The notes under the pieces are model-generated. The model saw only the letters and a list, made by a program, of their open reading frames with translations, made no database searches and was not told the DNA's origin. A stretch of 49,883 nt of DNA from Bacteroidia bacterium (GTDB lineage: Bacteria > Bacteroidota > Bacteroidia > UBA4408), in NCBI GenBank assembly GCA_044238735.1, contig JBIICS010000003.1, positions 1 to 49,883 of the forward strand. The letters are read 5' to 3'. This document shows, piece after piece, positions 9,553-19,397 of the stretch (its first letter is position 1; every line of letters begins with the position of its first letter). Made by a program: the position numbers and the translations under genes.

Positions 9553-10044
9553 ATGTCTCTTTTTTTTAAATATTGTTTAGGTTTTTACTTAATTCTAGGA
9601 TTTTTTTTATTAAATCCCATTTTAATTTTGGGACAGGACTTACCTGCAGATTCCACCACAAAAGCAAATTATAAGGCTTATGATGACTTAATAAATAATG
9701 AGGTGGTAATGAAGTATTATACAAAAGAGGATCTTAATAAACTTTACGAGCAGGATAAAAATAAACTTCTTCAATTACACACCTATTTCTTTAAGTCCTA
9801 TACAATCACGCCAATAGAGGGATATACCGGATTAAGACCCCGACACAATACTTTTGACGTTTTTAAATATGAATCGTACCGCAAAAAAAGCGATGTATTT
9901 GTTTCCGAAGATTTATTTAAAGGATATAAAATTGAATTAAAATCGGATGAACAAATTCAACATATTGTTCCAGCCCAAATTAAACAGAAAGCCTTAAAGA
10001 ATAGAGAGATTTATAATGCAAAAAAGGAAAAAGAAATAGAGTAA
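9553..10044 (+). CDS. Hypothetical exported protein
   Basis: 163 aa with a hydrophobic N-terminus; its stop is 1 nt before the start of the next gene. Confidence 0.75.
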   Translation: MSLFFKYCLGFYLILGFFLLNPILILGQDLPADSTTKANYKAYDDLINNEVVMKYYTKEDLNKLYEQDKNKLLQLHTYFFKSYTITPIEGYTGLRPRHNTFDVFKYESYRKKSDVFVSEDLFKGYKIELKSDEQIQHIVPAQIKQKALKNREIYNAKKEKEIE

Positions 10045-10045
10045 A

Positions 10046-13000
10046 ATGAATGTATTCTTACAAAATATTAAAAAATTAGTTAGCAAATATCTTGTATTTA
10101 TATTCCTGCTTTTATTTGGGTTTTTTACATTTAAGTCGTGGGCACAACCTGCAAACAACGAATGTGGCGGTGCGGTTACGTTAACCGTAAATGCAGCTTG
10201 TTCTAATACGGCCGGCACCACAACGGGTTCTACGGGGAACGCCGGTAACCCTGCTCCTTGCGTTGGAACAGCCGACGATGATGTTTGGTATAAATTTACT
10301 GCCAATAGTCCCGACCAAAAAATAACTGTTTCGTGTAATTCTGGTTTTGATCCTGTAGTACAGATTTTTTCGGGTTCTTGCGGGGCATTAATTTCACAGT
10401 TTTGTCAGGATGATGGCGGAGATGGAGTAAGTGAAATTTTGGATTTAACCGGATTTGGAGTTGGAAGTACTTATTTTGTTCGTGTATTTCACTATTACAC
10501 CGGCGTTGGTACCGGAAATTTTAATATCTGTGTTACCGGAACTCCTCCCGCTTTAAATGATGAACCGTGCACCGCAATTGATTTACCCGAAGTTACCTCT
10601 GCCTGTGTTTATAGTATTTATTCGCTTGCCTCTGCTACCAATACAGCCACTCCCGCATCTCCAGGGTGTGGGTGGAATGGTAAAGATCTTTGGTTTAAAG
10701 CTATTATTCCTCCTAACGGCAAAATAGATATATCCACTTACTCTGTTTCCGGAGGAACTTCTGATCCAACCATGGCTATTTACTCTGGTTCAGTTTGCAG
10801 TTCACTAACATTTATAAGTTGTGACGACAATTCTGGGCCTGGAAGTTTACCTTATTTAAATTTAAGTGGAAGAACACCCGGCGAAATCATTTGGATAAGA
10901 GTTTCCAGTAGTACCGGCATTGGAGATGGCCGATTTAAATTATGCGTGTCTTCTCCTGTTAATGACGATTGTGGATCTTCTTTATTCGTTTGTGATATAA
11001 ATGGCTTTTCTGGTTCAACACTATATAGTTATACCATTGATATGGGAGCCTTGGAGGAATTTAGTGGTGGGATTTTTGGACAAACTGGCGACGGCGTTTC
11101 TACTACTATAGAAAATAATAGTTGGTTGGCTTTTACAGCCAGTGCAACCAGTGCCTCGCTAAATGTAACCATTTCTGATTGTTGGAATGGACAAGGCATT
11201 CAAATGGAAGTAATAAGTGGTACGTGCGGTAATGTAGCCTCTTTTGTTTCGAACTCCAACTACCTTCAAACAACAACTTCTCAAACTTTAACTGCAACCG
11301 GACTAACTATAGGAAATACCTATTATTTAATGATAGACGGATATGCGGGAGACGTTTGTAATTACACCATTACGGGCACCTCCGGGGTAAGGTCGCTAAC
11401 CGTTACTCCTGCTACTGCAAATGTATGCAATGGTTCATCCATAACCCTTACTGCAAATCCGGTTGGTTTTGGAAATGCCACTTACAGCTGGTACTCAGAT
11501 CCTCCCGGATTTTCGGGTAGTTCTGCAACTGTTACCGCCAACCCTGTAGAGTATACCAAATATTATGTAGTGGTTACCGGTTCGTGTAACGAAGTTCAGG
11601 AAGCAAATTCTACTATTAATGTTCCTAATCCTAACAAGGTATTTACCTGGACAGGAGGCGGAACAAATACTAATGACAATTGGCAGGACGTAAATAATTG
11701 GGGAAGCTTTGCAGGATGCTTACCGGATTGTAATAATTCGGTTACCATCCCCTCCTCACCTTCGGTAAACGCAACTAATTTTCCAAAATTAAATTCTGCT
11801 GCTGCATGCAAAAATCTTATAATTCAAGATGATCCCGTTACTGCAGACGCGAACTACTCATTGTCAATTTTTAATTCGGGCAATCTTTCGGTTTGCGGCA
11901 ATATTTCCTTATATGGTACTATGCCTACAAATACTCATTACTCAAGTAATAATTCTTCAAGAATTACCTTTAGTGGTTCTTCTCCACAATTTTTTTATGC
12001 TTCAGCCTTATCATCCAATAACTTACCCAGTATTACTGTAAACAATACAAATGGAGTAACCATTTTGGATGGCAAAGACGCCAGCGGAACTTATAAAGAT
12101 ATGTCGATAAATCCTTCCGGAAATCTGGTTTTAAGTTCTGGAATAATTAATACAAGTGGAGCACGCAATGTAGTAATTAATAATCCAAACACAAACGCAA
12201 TAACAAGTCATTCAACAAATAGCTACATTAACGGTAGATTAACGAGGGCAGTAAATGCAACAGGCTCATATGATTTTCCTGTTGGTAATAGCACCGCATA
12301 CGAATTGGCTAATATAAATTTAAATAGTGTTAGTGGTGGTTTAAATTCCATCAATGCCTTTTTTGAACCTGCATTTGATGAAACGGATTTAATACAAACA
12401 CCTACTGTTTTAGAACCAGACGATATTAATAAAGAATATGAAGGCTTTTTAAATAATGGAGGAACCGGTGTTGGTTCCGGTACTTTAATACCCAACGTTT
12501 GGACAATAACTCCAAATTCGGGATCTGCTAATTATTCCATTACCCTTCACGGAAGAAATTACAATAATGCATCCGGTTTTGTTCATACTGTTGGTAAACG
12601 AAATACACCTATTACTTGTTTGCCAACTTGGAGTGCCTCGGGAAGTTATTCCACAAATGGCAACGCAAGTAATGTGGTTTCTGCAACCAGAACCAATGTT
12701 ACCGGTTTTTCTCAGTTTGTTATACTAAGAGGACTTAACGTTTTGCCTATTTCCCTAATTGACTTTGAAGCTAAATGCAAAGGAGATCAGACCACGCTAA
12801 TTTGGTCTACTGCTCAAGAAGTAAATAATAGTCATTTTGTTATTGAACGTGCATGCAATGAAGAATTAGTTTTTGAAGACATTGCCGAAGTAAATGGGGC
12901 AGGAAACTCGAACACCATTCAAACTTACAGCCTATCAGTACCTACTACTTCTGATCGATGTTACTATCGCTTAAGGCAAGTAGACTATGACGGCAAAGAA

Positions 13001-13294
13001 GAATCATTTCCTATAATAGAAGCTAATTGTAATGAATCTAAACCTTTCAGTAATATTATTGTTTATCCAAATCCTTTTAACGATCAAATTTTAATTGCCT
13101 GCAATGATTGTATTACCGATAAAATTCACATCAAAATATTTTCAGCATTAGGTACACTTGTATTTGAAAAGAATTACTCTAATATAACCGTGCTAAATGA
13201 AAAAATAGAACTTAAAGGACTTAGCAAAGGGGTTTATTTCGTCGAATTGAATGATGGGCTTAATAAAGAAGTTAAACAATTGGTTAAGAATTAA
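10046..13294 (+). CDS. Large T9SS type A cargo protein with three Cys-containing PPC/CUB-like repeats
   Basis: Signal peptide (SWA-Q); three ~135-aa repeats starting N[ND][ED][CP] with D[VL]W[YF]/NSW and ending CV[TS]/YTI; LPISLIDF linker; CTD IVYPNPFND...LSKGVYFV...KQLVK. Confidence 0.85.
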   Translation: MNVFLQNIKKLVSKYLVFIFLLLFGFFTFKSWAQPANNECGGAVTLTVNAACSNTAGTTTGSTGNAGNPAPCVGTADDDVWYKFTANSPDQKITVSCNSGFDPVVQIFSGSCGALISQFCQDDGGDGVSEILDLTGFGVGSTYFVRVFHYYTGVGTGNFNICVTGTPPALNDEPCTAIDLPEVTSACVYSIYSLASATNTATPASPGCGWNGKDLWFKAIIPPNGKIDISTYSVSGGTSDPTMAIYSGSVCSSLTFISCDDNSGPGSLPYLNLSGRTPGEIIWIRVSSSTGIGDGRFKLCVSSPVNDDCGSSLFVCDINGFSGSTLYSYTIDMGALEEFSGGIFGQTGDGVSTTIENNSWLAFTASATSASLNVTISDCWNGQGIQMEVISGTCGNVASFVSNSNYLQTTTSQTLTATGLTIGNTYYLMIDGYAGDVCNYTITGTSGVRSLTVTPATANVCNGSSITLTANPVGFGNATYSWYSDPPGFSGSSATVTANPVEYTKYYVVVTGSCNEVQEANSTINVPNPNKVFTWTGGGTNTNDNWQDVNNWGSFAGCLPDCNNSVTIPSSPSVNATNFPKLNSAAACKNLIIQDDPVTADANYSLSIFNSGNLSVCGNISLYGTMPTNTHYSSNNSSRITFSGSSPQFFYASALSSNNLPSITVNNTNGVTILDGKDASGTYKDMSINPSGNLVLSSGIINTSGARNVVINNPNTNAITSHSTNSYINGRLTRAVNATGSYDFPVGNSTAYELANINLNSVSGGLNSINAFFEPAFDETDLIQTPTVLEPDDINKEYEGFLNNGGTGVGSGTLIPNVWTITPNSGSANYSITLHGRNYNNASGFVHTVGKRNTPITCLPTWSASGSYSTNGNASNVVSATRTNVTGFSQFVILRGLNVLPISLIDFEAKCKGDQTTLIWSTAQEVNNSHFVIERACNEELVFEDIAEVNGAGNSNTIQTYSLSVPTTSDRCYYRLRQVDYDGKEESFPIIEANCNESKPFSNIIVYPNPFNDQILIACNDCITDKIHIKIFSALGTLVFEKNYSNITVLNEKIELKGLSKGVYFVELNDGLNKEVKQLVKN

Positions 13295-13298
13295 AAGC

Positions 13299-14972
13299 AT
13301 GAAAAAAATATATTCATATTATCTTTTATTTGCTTTTTTGTTAATTGCAAACCTTAATTATATTGAAGCTCAAACAACATTTTCGAATACGGGAAATATA
13401 ACTATAAATTCAAGTGGCAACGCAAGTCCTTTTCCATCAACAATTGCAGTATCTGGTTTAGGAAGTTCAATAACCAATATTACTGTTAGAATGACAAGTA
13501 TTCAACATACATATTTTGATGATGTTGACATAATGTTGGTAGCCCCTAATGGCGCCAGATTAATTTTAATGTCTGATTGTGGGGGAGGGAATAGTGCTAC
13601 TAGAAATTATGTATTTAGTGATGCGGGTGGAGCCAATCTTTCAGATGCGTCTTTGAGTGCAGACGGCACATATAAACCTACTGATTTTGAAACGGGTGAA
13701 AATTTGGGTGGAGGAACAGCCACTATAACTAGTTTTGCTAGTCTTAATGGTTCTAATCCAAATGGAAATTGGTCATTATTTGTTTTTGATGATGTTGGTG
13801 GTGATGCTGGGCTAATTACCAATGGTTGGTCAATAACCATCACTGCAATAAATCCAGCCTTTCGAACTACATTCACTGCCATGAACACAGGATCCGCTAA
13901 TTGGTGTGCAGGTGAAACCAGAAATGTAACTGTAACTGTAACTAATTCAGGCACTAGTTCCTGGACTGATGGTGGTGGCCAGGATTTCAACATAGGGGTT
14001 AAATGGAATGCCGATCCAGATTATCTTGTAAGAGTGGATGCGCAAAACTTAGCTCCCGGTGCCAGCAGAACATACACATTAACAGTAACCGCTCCTGCAA
14101 CTGCCGGTTCCAACAATTTAAGATTTGATGTTGTAAAGGAAGGAGATTGTTGGTTTGGAAACAATAATGGTAGTTGCGGACCCGGAAACTCTGCTTATAC
14201 ATCCTCTGCTATAACGATCTCTTCTACTCCAAACCCACCCAACCCCTATTCAAATCAAAACCCAGATTGCGGAAGAGTTAAAATTTTAGAAGCCACTTCT
14301 ACATCTTCAAATATATTGTACTATTGGCAAGGAACCAATGCCAGCGGGACCAGCACAAGTAATAATGCTAACATTCCTTTCTTTGCTAATTCATCTGGCA
14401 CCTATTATGTTCGTGCTTACAACTCATCTACAGGTTGCTGGAGCTCGGGCTCAGGTTCATTGGCAGTTACGGTTACTGGGCCTACGGGCGGTTCTGTTTC
14501 GGGCGGCACAACGGTTTGCGGCTTAACCTCAAACTCTGCTACTCTAACTTTAACGGGGCATAGTGGAAATATCATTCGCTGGGAAAAAAGTTTTTCTCCT
14601 TTTACTTACTGGGATCCTATTACAAATACCACCACTTCGTGTACGGTATTAAATATTTCAGAGGAAACTAGGATTAGAGCTGTAATACAGAGTGCGGTTT
14701 GCTCTGCAACAGCAAGCTCATCTTTTACTACAATTTCTGTAACCAATGCATCCACTGCAAATGCAGGCATAGACCAATACCGTTGTACAGGTACGACCGC
14801 TACGCTTGCCGCCTCGGGAGTTGGAACATGGTCTGTTGTTGGTGGTTCTGCTTTAGTTACTACCCCTTCAAGCCCGGTTTCTGCGGTAACTGCATTATCC
14901 TCCGGGCCTAATGTTTTTCAATGGTCGGTAAGTGGTACTTGCCCGGATTTTGTTGTAATTACAAGACCTTAA
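13299..14972 (+). CDS. Secreted multidomain protein (proprotein-convertase P-like domain plus Ig-like domains), no recognisable CTD
   Basis: Start moved from 13251 to ATG 13299 (MKKIYSYYLLF signal peptide, 4 nt after the upstream stop). P-domain motifs HTYFDDVDIMLVAPNG and NPNGNWSLFVFDDVGGDAG.ITNGWSI; Ig-like TVTNSG...LAPGAS.TYTLTVTAP; ends in an ANAG.DQ Ig repeat. Confidence 0.75.
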   Translation: MKKIYSYYLLFAFLLIANLNYIEAQTTFSNTGNITINSSGNASPFPSTIAVSGLGSSITNITVRMTSIQHTYFDDVDIMLVAPNGARLILMSDCGGGNSATRNYVFSDAGGANLSDASLSADGTYKPTDFETGENLGGGTATITSFASLNGSNPNGNWSLFVFDDVGGDAGLITNGWSITITAINPAFRTTFTAMNTGSANWCAGETRNVTVTVTNSGTSSWTDGGGQDFNIGVKWNADPDYLVRVDAQNLAPGASRTYTLTVTAPATAGSNNLRFDVVKEGDCWFGNNNGSCGPGNSAYTSSAITISSTPNPPNPYSNQNPDCGRVKILEATSTSSNILYYWQGTNASGTSTSNNANIPFFANSSGTYYVRAYNSSTGCWSSGSGSLAVTVTGPTGGSVSGGTTVCGLTSNSATLTLTGHSGNIIRWEKSFSPFTYWDPITNTTTSCTVLNISEETRIRAVIQSAVCSATASSSFTTISVTNASTANAGIDQYRCTGTTATLAASGVGTWSVVGGSALVTTPSSPVSAVTALSSGPNVFQWSVSGTCPDFVVITRP

Positions 14973-15081
14973 TAGTTATCGCTTTCATACTACTTAAACA
15001 GACCCATTAGAACATCTTTAATCAGGTTCATTACTGCCCAAATATGCTTTTAAATTCAAGCCGTTTAAACTTTGCAAACCT

Positions 15082-16224
15082 TTATTTGTCAATCGCTAAT
15101 CTTTCTTTAGAACTAAAAGCAAGCAAACAAACAATTATAATAATTAGATTAGACAGGCCAAGTATAGCATTGGCCTCATAAATTGAATTCAGCTTAGGGC
15201 CCATTAAATCTTTCGAGTTAACAGAATAAAAGATTAAGCCAATAATTAATATAATCTTTTCATAAACTTTAAGCTCACTAAATACACATAAGATCACAAA
15301 AATTAAGGGCAATGACATTAAAAAATGTTGCTCGTCTGTGATAATAAAATTAGGGATAAGCGACAAATTAATCATCATCCAGAGTTTAGTAGCGTTTTCT
15401 TTATTTACTTTTTTTAATATTAAAAAAAGTAAGAATTGTATGGCAACAAATAAGAATAATAATCCTTGTAAACCCATTTTCATTCCAAAAAAATAATTAA
15501 AAATATAATCAAACGTATAGGAGCTAAAGACCTGATTACTGTGATTTTTCAAGCTTTCAAACCAACCCATCCAAAGATCGAATAGATCTTTTCCGTTTAT
15601 TAATAATTGAAAAGCAATCAAACCTACAGATAAAAATATAGTCTTAACTAATAGTTTATAATCAAAAACTAAAAGCGGAATTAATACAAATACACTTATT
15701 GGTTTTAGGAAAATTAAAAACGTAATTAAAAACGATGACCAATTTTTATTGATTTTATAGAAATAGATGGATGCAACTAAAAAGAAAACCAAAAAAACAT
15801 TTACATTTCCCAGATGCATCTCTCTAGTAAGGTGAACAGCAATACAAAGAAAACTCAATATACTGCAGGTAATTTCTGCCTTAGAGCTAAGACTTATACC
15901 ATAGAACTTACTTTTAGTTAAATAATAAAATATTCCAATAATGGCAAATAAAATAAATGCAGTATGTATAACACGAACCATTTCGAACGTAAAAAAGTTC
16001 ATAGGATAAAAGAATAGTAAACTGGGCGGTGGATATTTAAAGAAACCAGTTTCTAGCCCATAATAATTAAGATAAGGCGATACTCCTTTTTTATAATCAT
16101 TTAAAGCCCCATAGTATACTTTTAAATCGTTGGTGAAAAATTTTTTGTTTATAGATTCTATGAGCACAAGGGCCAATACGAATAATAAAAAAATCAGATT
16201 ATACCATTTCTTAAATAAGCTCAT
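15082..16224 (-). CDS. DUF2029 / glycosyltransferase family 87-like polytopic membrane protein
   Basis: NDLKVYY, FKYPPPSLLFF, LGNVNVF and FLKP motifs; multiple TM helices; overlaps the purN stop. Confidence 0.75.
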   Translation of the reverse strand: MSLFKKWYNLIFLLFVLALVLIESINKKFFTNDLKVYYGALNDYKKGVSPYLNYYGLETGFFKYPPPSLLFFYPMNFFTFEMVRVIHTAFILFAIIGIFYYLTKSKFYGISLSSKAEITCSILSFLCIAVHLTREMHLGNVNVFLVFFLVASIYFYKINKNWSSFLITFLIFLKPISVFVLIPLLVFDYKLLVKTIFLSVGLIAFQLLINGKDLFDLWMGWFESLKNHSNQVFSSYTFDYIFNYFFGMKMGLQGLLFLFVAIQFLLFLILKKVNKENATKLWMMINLSLIPNFIITDEQHFLMSLPLIFVILCVFSELKVYEKIILIIGLIFYSVNSKDLMGPKLNSIYEANAILGLSNLIIIIVCLLAFSSKERLAIDK

Positions 16225-16793
16225 AATACAGATAGTATGTATTCTTCTATTGTGGAGGGCAGATACTTTTGTTCAAGTTTATGAATTTTGACTGCTAAAA
16301 TTTCTGGAGAATCATTTGCTTCTATAAAACATTTATACTGTTTAATTATTTTTCCTTTATCATATTCTTCATTAACAAGATGAATAGTAATTCCGCTTTC
16401 TCTCTCTTTGGCTTCAATAACAGCTTTATGAACATTTAATCCGTACATACCTTTACCTCCAAATTTGGGTAATAAAGACGGATGAAGATTAATAATTCTA
16501 TCCTTAAATGAGGTAGTTAAAAAAGGAGGGATTAACCATAAAAAACCGGCCAACACAATAAAGTCTATATCGCTTAGTTTTCCTAATAAGCACGCAGCGT
16601 TTAAAAATTCCTCCTTTTTTAATAAAATAGTTTCAATTTCGGTGTTTTTAAACTTGTTAATTACAGCAGCTTCTGGCTTATTACAAATAAGCTTCTTAAC
16701 GGCAATTTTATGATGATTTTTAAAATAATGATATAAATTGAGCGCATTACTGCCCTCACCGGATGCAAAAATGGCTATGTTTAGGGTCCTCAC
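16221..16793 (-). CDS. purN: Phosphoribosylglycinamide formyltransferase
   Basis: IAIFASGEGSNA, VLAGFL, INLHPSLLPKFGGKGMYG, SGITIHLVNEEYDKG; GTG start. Confidence 0.97.
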   Translation of the reverse strand: MRTLNIAIFASGEGSNALNLYHYFKNHHKIAVKKLICNKPEAAVINKFKNTEIETILLKKEEFLNAACLLGKLSDIDFIVLAGFLWLIPPFLTTSFKDRIINLHPSLLPKFGGKGMYGLNVHKAVIEAKERESGITIHLVNEEYDKGKIIKQYKCFIEANDSPEILAVKIHKLEQKYLPSTIEEYILSVL

Positions 16794-17039
16794 GGTTCAA
16801 AATTATGTTTTTAATGGTGAAAATGAGCTTTTTTAATTCCTTTTAAACACTTTTTAGCAAGAACTACTTTTTGTAAAGCCCTGTTTTTCAGTATTAATTG
16901 TAGATAAAAGAGGGTTTAATAGGTAATTTTTCAACAAATAGCCCCCGAAATTAACACTTCGGCGTAATTAAACTGATTTTGTTTGCTTGTGTTTCAATAA
17001 ATTTTTTTCTTTGCAACCACAATTTTAAAACTAAAAACA

Positions 17040-17276
17040 ATGTCAGACATTGCAGCAAAAGTAAAAGCCATTATTGTAGACAAATTAGGCGTTGATGAGA
17101 AAGAAGTTACTCCAGAAGCTAGCTTCACTAACGATCTGGGTGCAGATTCATTAGACACCGTTGAATTAATAATGGAATTTGAAAAGGAATTTAACATTGC
17201 CATTCCAGATGACCAGGCTGAAAACATCGCTACTGTTGGTCAGGCAATTGATTACATTTCTAAAAACGCTAAGTAA
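17040..17276 (+). CDS. acpP: Acyl carrier protein
   Basis: [14 protein letters not shown] phosphopantetheine attachment site. Confidence 0.99.
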   Translation: MSDIAAKVKAIIVDKLGVDEKEVTPEASFTNDLGADSLDTVELIMEFEKEFNIAIPDDQAENIATVGQAIDYISKNAK

Positions 17277-17286
17277 TTAATCCAAC

Positions 17287-18540
17287 ATGCAGTTAAAACG
17301 AGTAGTTGTAACAGGATTAGGCGCTCTAACACCAATTGGTAACTCGGTTCAGGAATACTGGAACGGACTTATAAATGGCGTAAGTGGTGCTGCTCCAATT
17401 ACTCGTTTTAATGCTGAAAAATTTAAAACCCAGTTTGCCTGCGAGGTAAAGGGTTTTAATGTTGAAAATTATTTAGATAAAAAAGAGGCTCGTAAACTGG
17501 ATCTTTTCGCTCAATACGCCATAGCAGTATCTGATGAAGCAATAAAAGATGCCGGTTTAGATTTAACTCAATTAGACTTGGATAAAATTGGGGTTATTTG
17601 GGGGGCTGGTATTGGAGGCTTAGATACTTTCCTTTCCGAATGTACCAACTTTGCTAAAGGCGATGGAACTCCTCGTTTCAATCCTTTCTTTATCCCAAAA
17701 ATGATTGCGGATATCGCTCCCGGGCATATCTCAATTCGTCACGGTTTAAGAGGTCCAAATTTCACAACAGTATCTGCTTGTGCTTCATCTACCAATGCAC
17801 TAATAGACGCTTTTAATTACATTAGGTTAGGAAAAGCGAACATTATTTTAGGTGGAGGATCGGAAGCGGCGTGTAACGAAGCTGGGGTGGGTGGATTTAA
17901 TGCCATGCATGCCTTGTCAACCCGAAATGATGATCCAACAACCGCATCCAGGCCTTTTGATAAAGACCGTGATGGTTTTGTTTTGGGTGAAGGTGCCGCT
18001 TGTATTGTTTTAGAAGAATACGAGCATGCTATTAAACGTGGTGCAAAAATTTATGCCGAAATGGTAGGTGGTGGATGCAGTGCAGATGCTAATCATATAA
18101 CAGCTCCTCATCCTGAAGGATTAGGTGCTCGCAATGTTATGAAATATGCATTAGAAGATGCCGAAATGAATCCTGAAGACATTGATTATATCAACGTTCA
18201 TGGCACATCAACTCCGTTGGGTGATATAGCTGAAACAAAGGCTATTAAACAGGTTTTTGGCGATCATGCTTACAGGCTTAATATTAGCTCAACCAAATCA
18301 ATGACCGGTCACCTTTTAGGTGCAGCTGGCGCAATTGAGGCTGTAGCTAGCATTTTAGCGGTTAAATATGGAATCATTCCTCCAACCATTAATCACTTTA
18401 CCGACGATCCCGAAATTGATAATAACCTTAACCTTACGTTTAATAAAGCACAAACTAGAACGGTTAGAGCTGCATTAAGTAACACATTTGGATTTGGCGG
18501 ACACAACGCATCGGTAATCTTTAAAAAATACGAACAATAA
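17287..18540 (+). CDS. fabF: Beta-ketoacyl-ACP synthase II
   Basis: RVVVTGLG, SACASS (catalytic Cys), HGTSTP, KSMTGHLLGAAG, SNTFGFGGHN. Confidence 0.98.
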   Translation: MQLKRVVVTGLGALTPIGNSVQEYWNGLINGVSGAAPITRFNAEKFKTQFACEVKGFNVENYLDKKEARKLDLFAQYAIAVSDEAIKDAGLDLTQLDLDKIGVIWGAGIGGLDTFLSECTNFAKGDGTPRFNPFFIPKMIADIAPGHISIRHGLRGPNFTTVSACASSTNALIDAFNYIRLGKANIILGGGSEAACNEAGVGGFNAMHALSTRNDDPTTASRPFDKDRDGFVLGEGAACIVLEEYEHAIKRGAKIYAEMVGGGCSADANHITAPHPEGLGARNVMKYALEDAEMNPEDIDYINVHGTSTPLGDIAETKAIKQVFGDHAYRLNISSTKSMTGHLLGAAGAIEAVASILAVKYGIIPPTINHFTDDPEIDNNLNLTFNKAQTRTVRAALSNTFGFGGHNASVIFKKYEQ

Positions 18541-18543
18541 TCA

Positions 18544-19269
18544 TTGATTCGTTTATTACGAAAAATTAAGTATAAAAATAATGCAGACAATGCTCTGCTG
18601 GAATCGCTCCACAATCTTTTAGGTTTCTATCCTAAAAACCTGAAACTCTATCAACAGGCATTCCGCCATAAAAGTTCTCATAAAATTAAAGAAGGTGTTA
18701 CCGATAGTAACGAACGTCTTGAATATTTGGGCGATGCTGTTTTGGGAACGGTGGTTGCTGAATATCTTTTTAAGAAATATCCTCTAAAAGATGAAGGCTT
18801 TTTAACCAAAGTACGTTCCCGAATTGTAAGCAGAGAAAATTTAGCAAATGTTTCGCGTAAAATGGGATTAGAAAACCTAATCGAAAAAAATAATAGCCGA
18901 TTTGGAAATAAATCCATAGGTGGGGATGCATTTGAAGCGCTTATCGGAGCCATATACCTGGATAAAGGGTTTATTAAAACTAAAAAATTTATTGTAGATC
19001 GTATATTACGAACCCTCATCGATATTGAAACTATTGAAGAAAAAGATACTGATTACAAAAGCCAAATGATTGAGTGGAGCCAGCGTAAAAGAAGAAAGAT
19101 AGATTTTAAATTGATTTTGGAAGAAGGAAAAAGTCATGATAGAACATATCATATAGAAATCTGGTCGGACGATATGTATTTAGGCAAGGGTAAAGCTTCC
19201 TCCAAGAAAAAGGCCGAACAGTTTGCCAGCGAAGATGCACTTAAACTAATTTACGAAAAGGGTATTTAA
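18544..19269 (+). CDS. rnc: Ribonuclease III
   Basis: NERLEYLGDAVL signature, DAFEALIGAIYLD, C-terminal dsRBD; conserved acpP-fabF-rnc order; TTG start (exact start uncertain). Confidence 0.96.
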   Translation: MIRLLRKIKYKNNADNALLESLHNLLGFYPKNLKLYQQAFRHKSSHKIKEGVTDSNERLEYLGDAVLGTVVAEYLFKKYPLKDEGFLTKVRSRIVSRENLANVSRKMGLENLIEKNNSRFGNKSIGGDAFEALIGAIYLDKGFIKTKKFIVDRILRTLIDIETIEEKDTDYKSQMIEWSQRKRRKIDFKLILEEGKSHDRTYHIEIWSDDMYLGKGKASSKKKAEQFASEDALKLIYEKGI

Positions 19270-19397
19270 AACCCACAATACTTAACATTTCCGTTAGTAT
19301 ACAGAATAGTATAGATTAACCTATAATATAGTCTTTTCTTACATCTTAGTTTTCTTTAAAATTTATTTTTGTTAGATTGTACTAAATTAAAATAAGT

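Noticed and set aside
13251-13298. ORF-track start at 13251 for the P-domain protein
   Set aside because: It would overlap the upstream CTD coding region; ATG 13299 gives a clean signal peptide.
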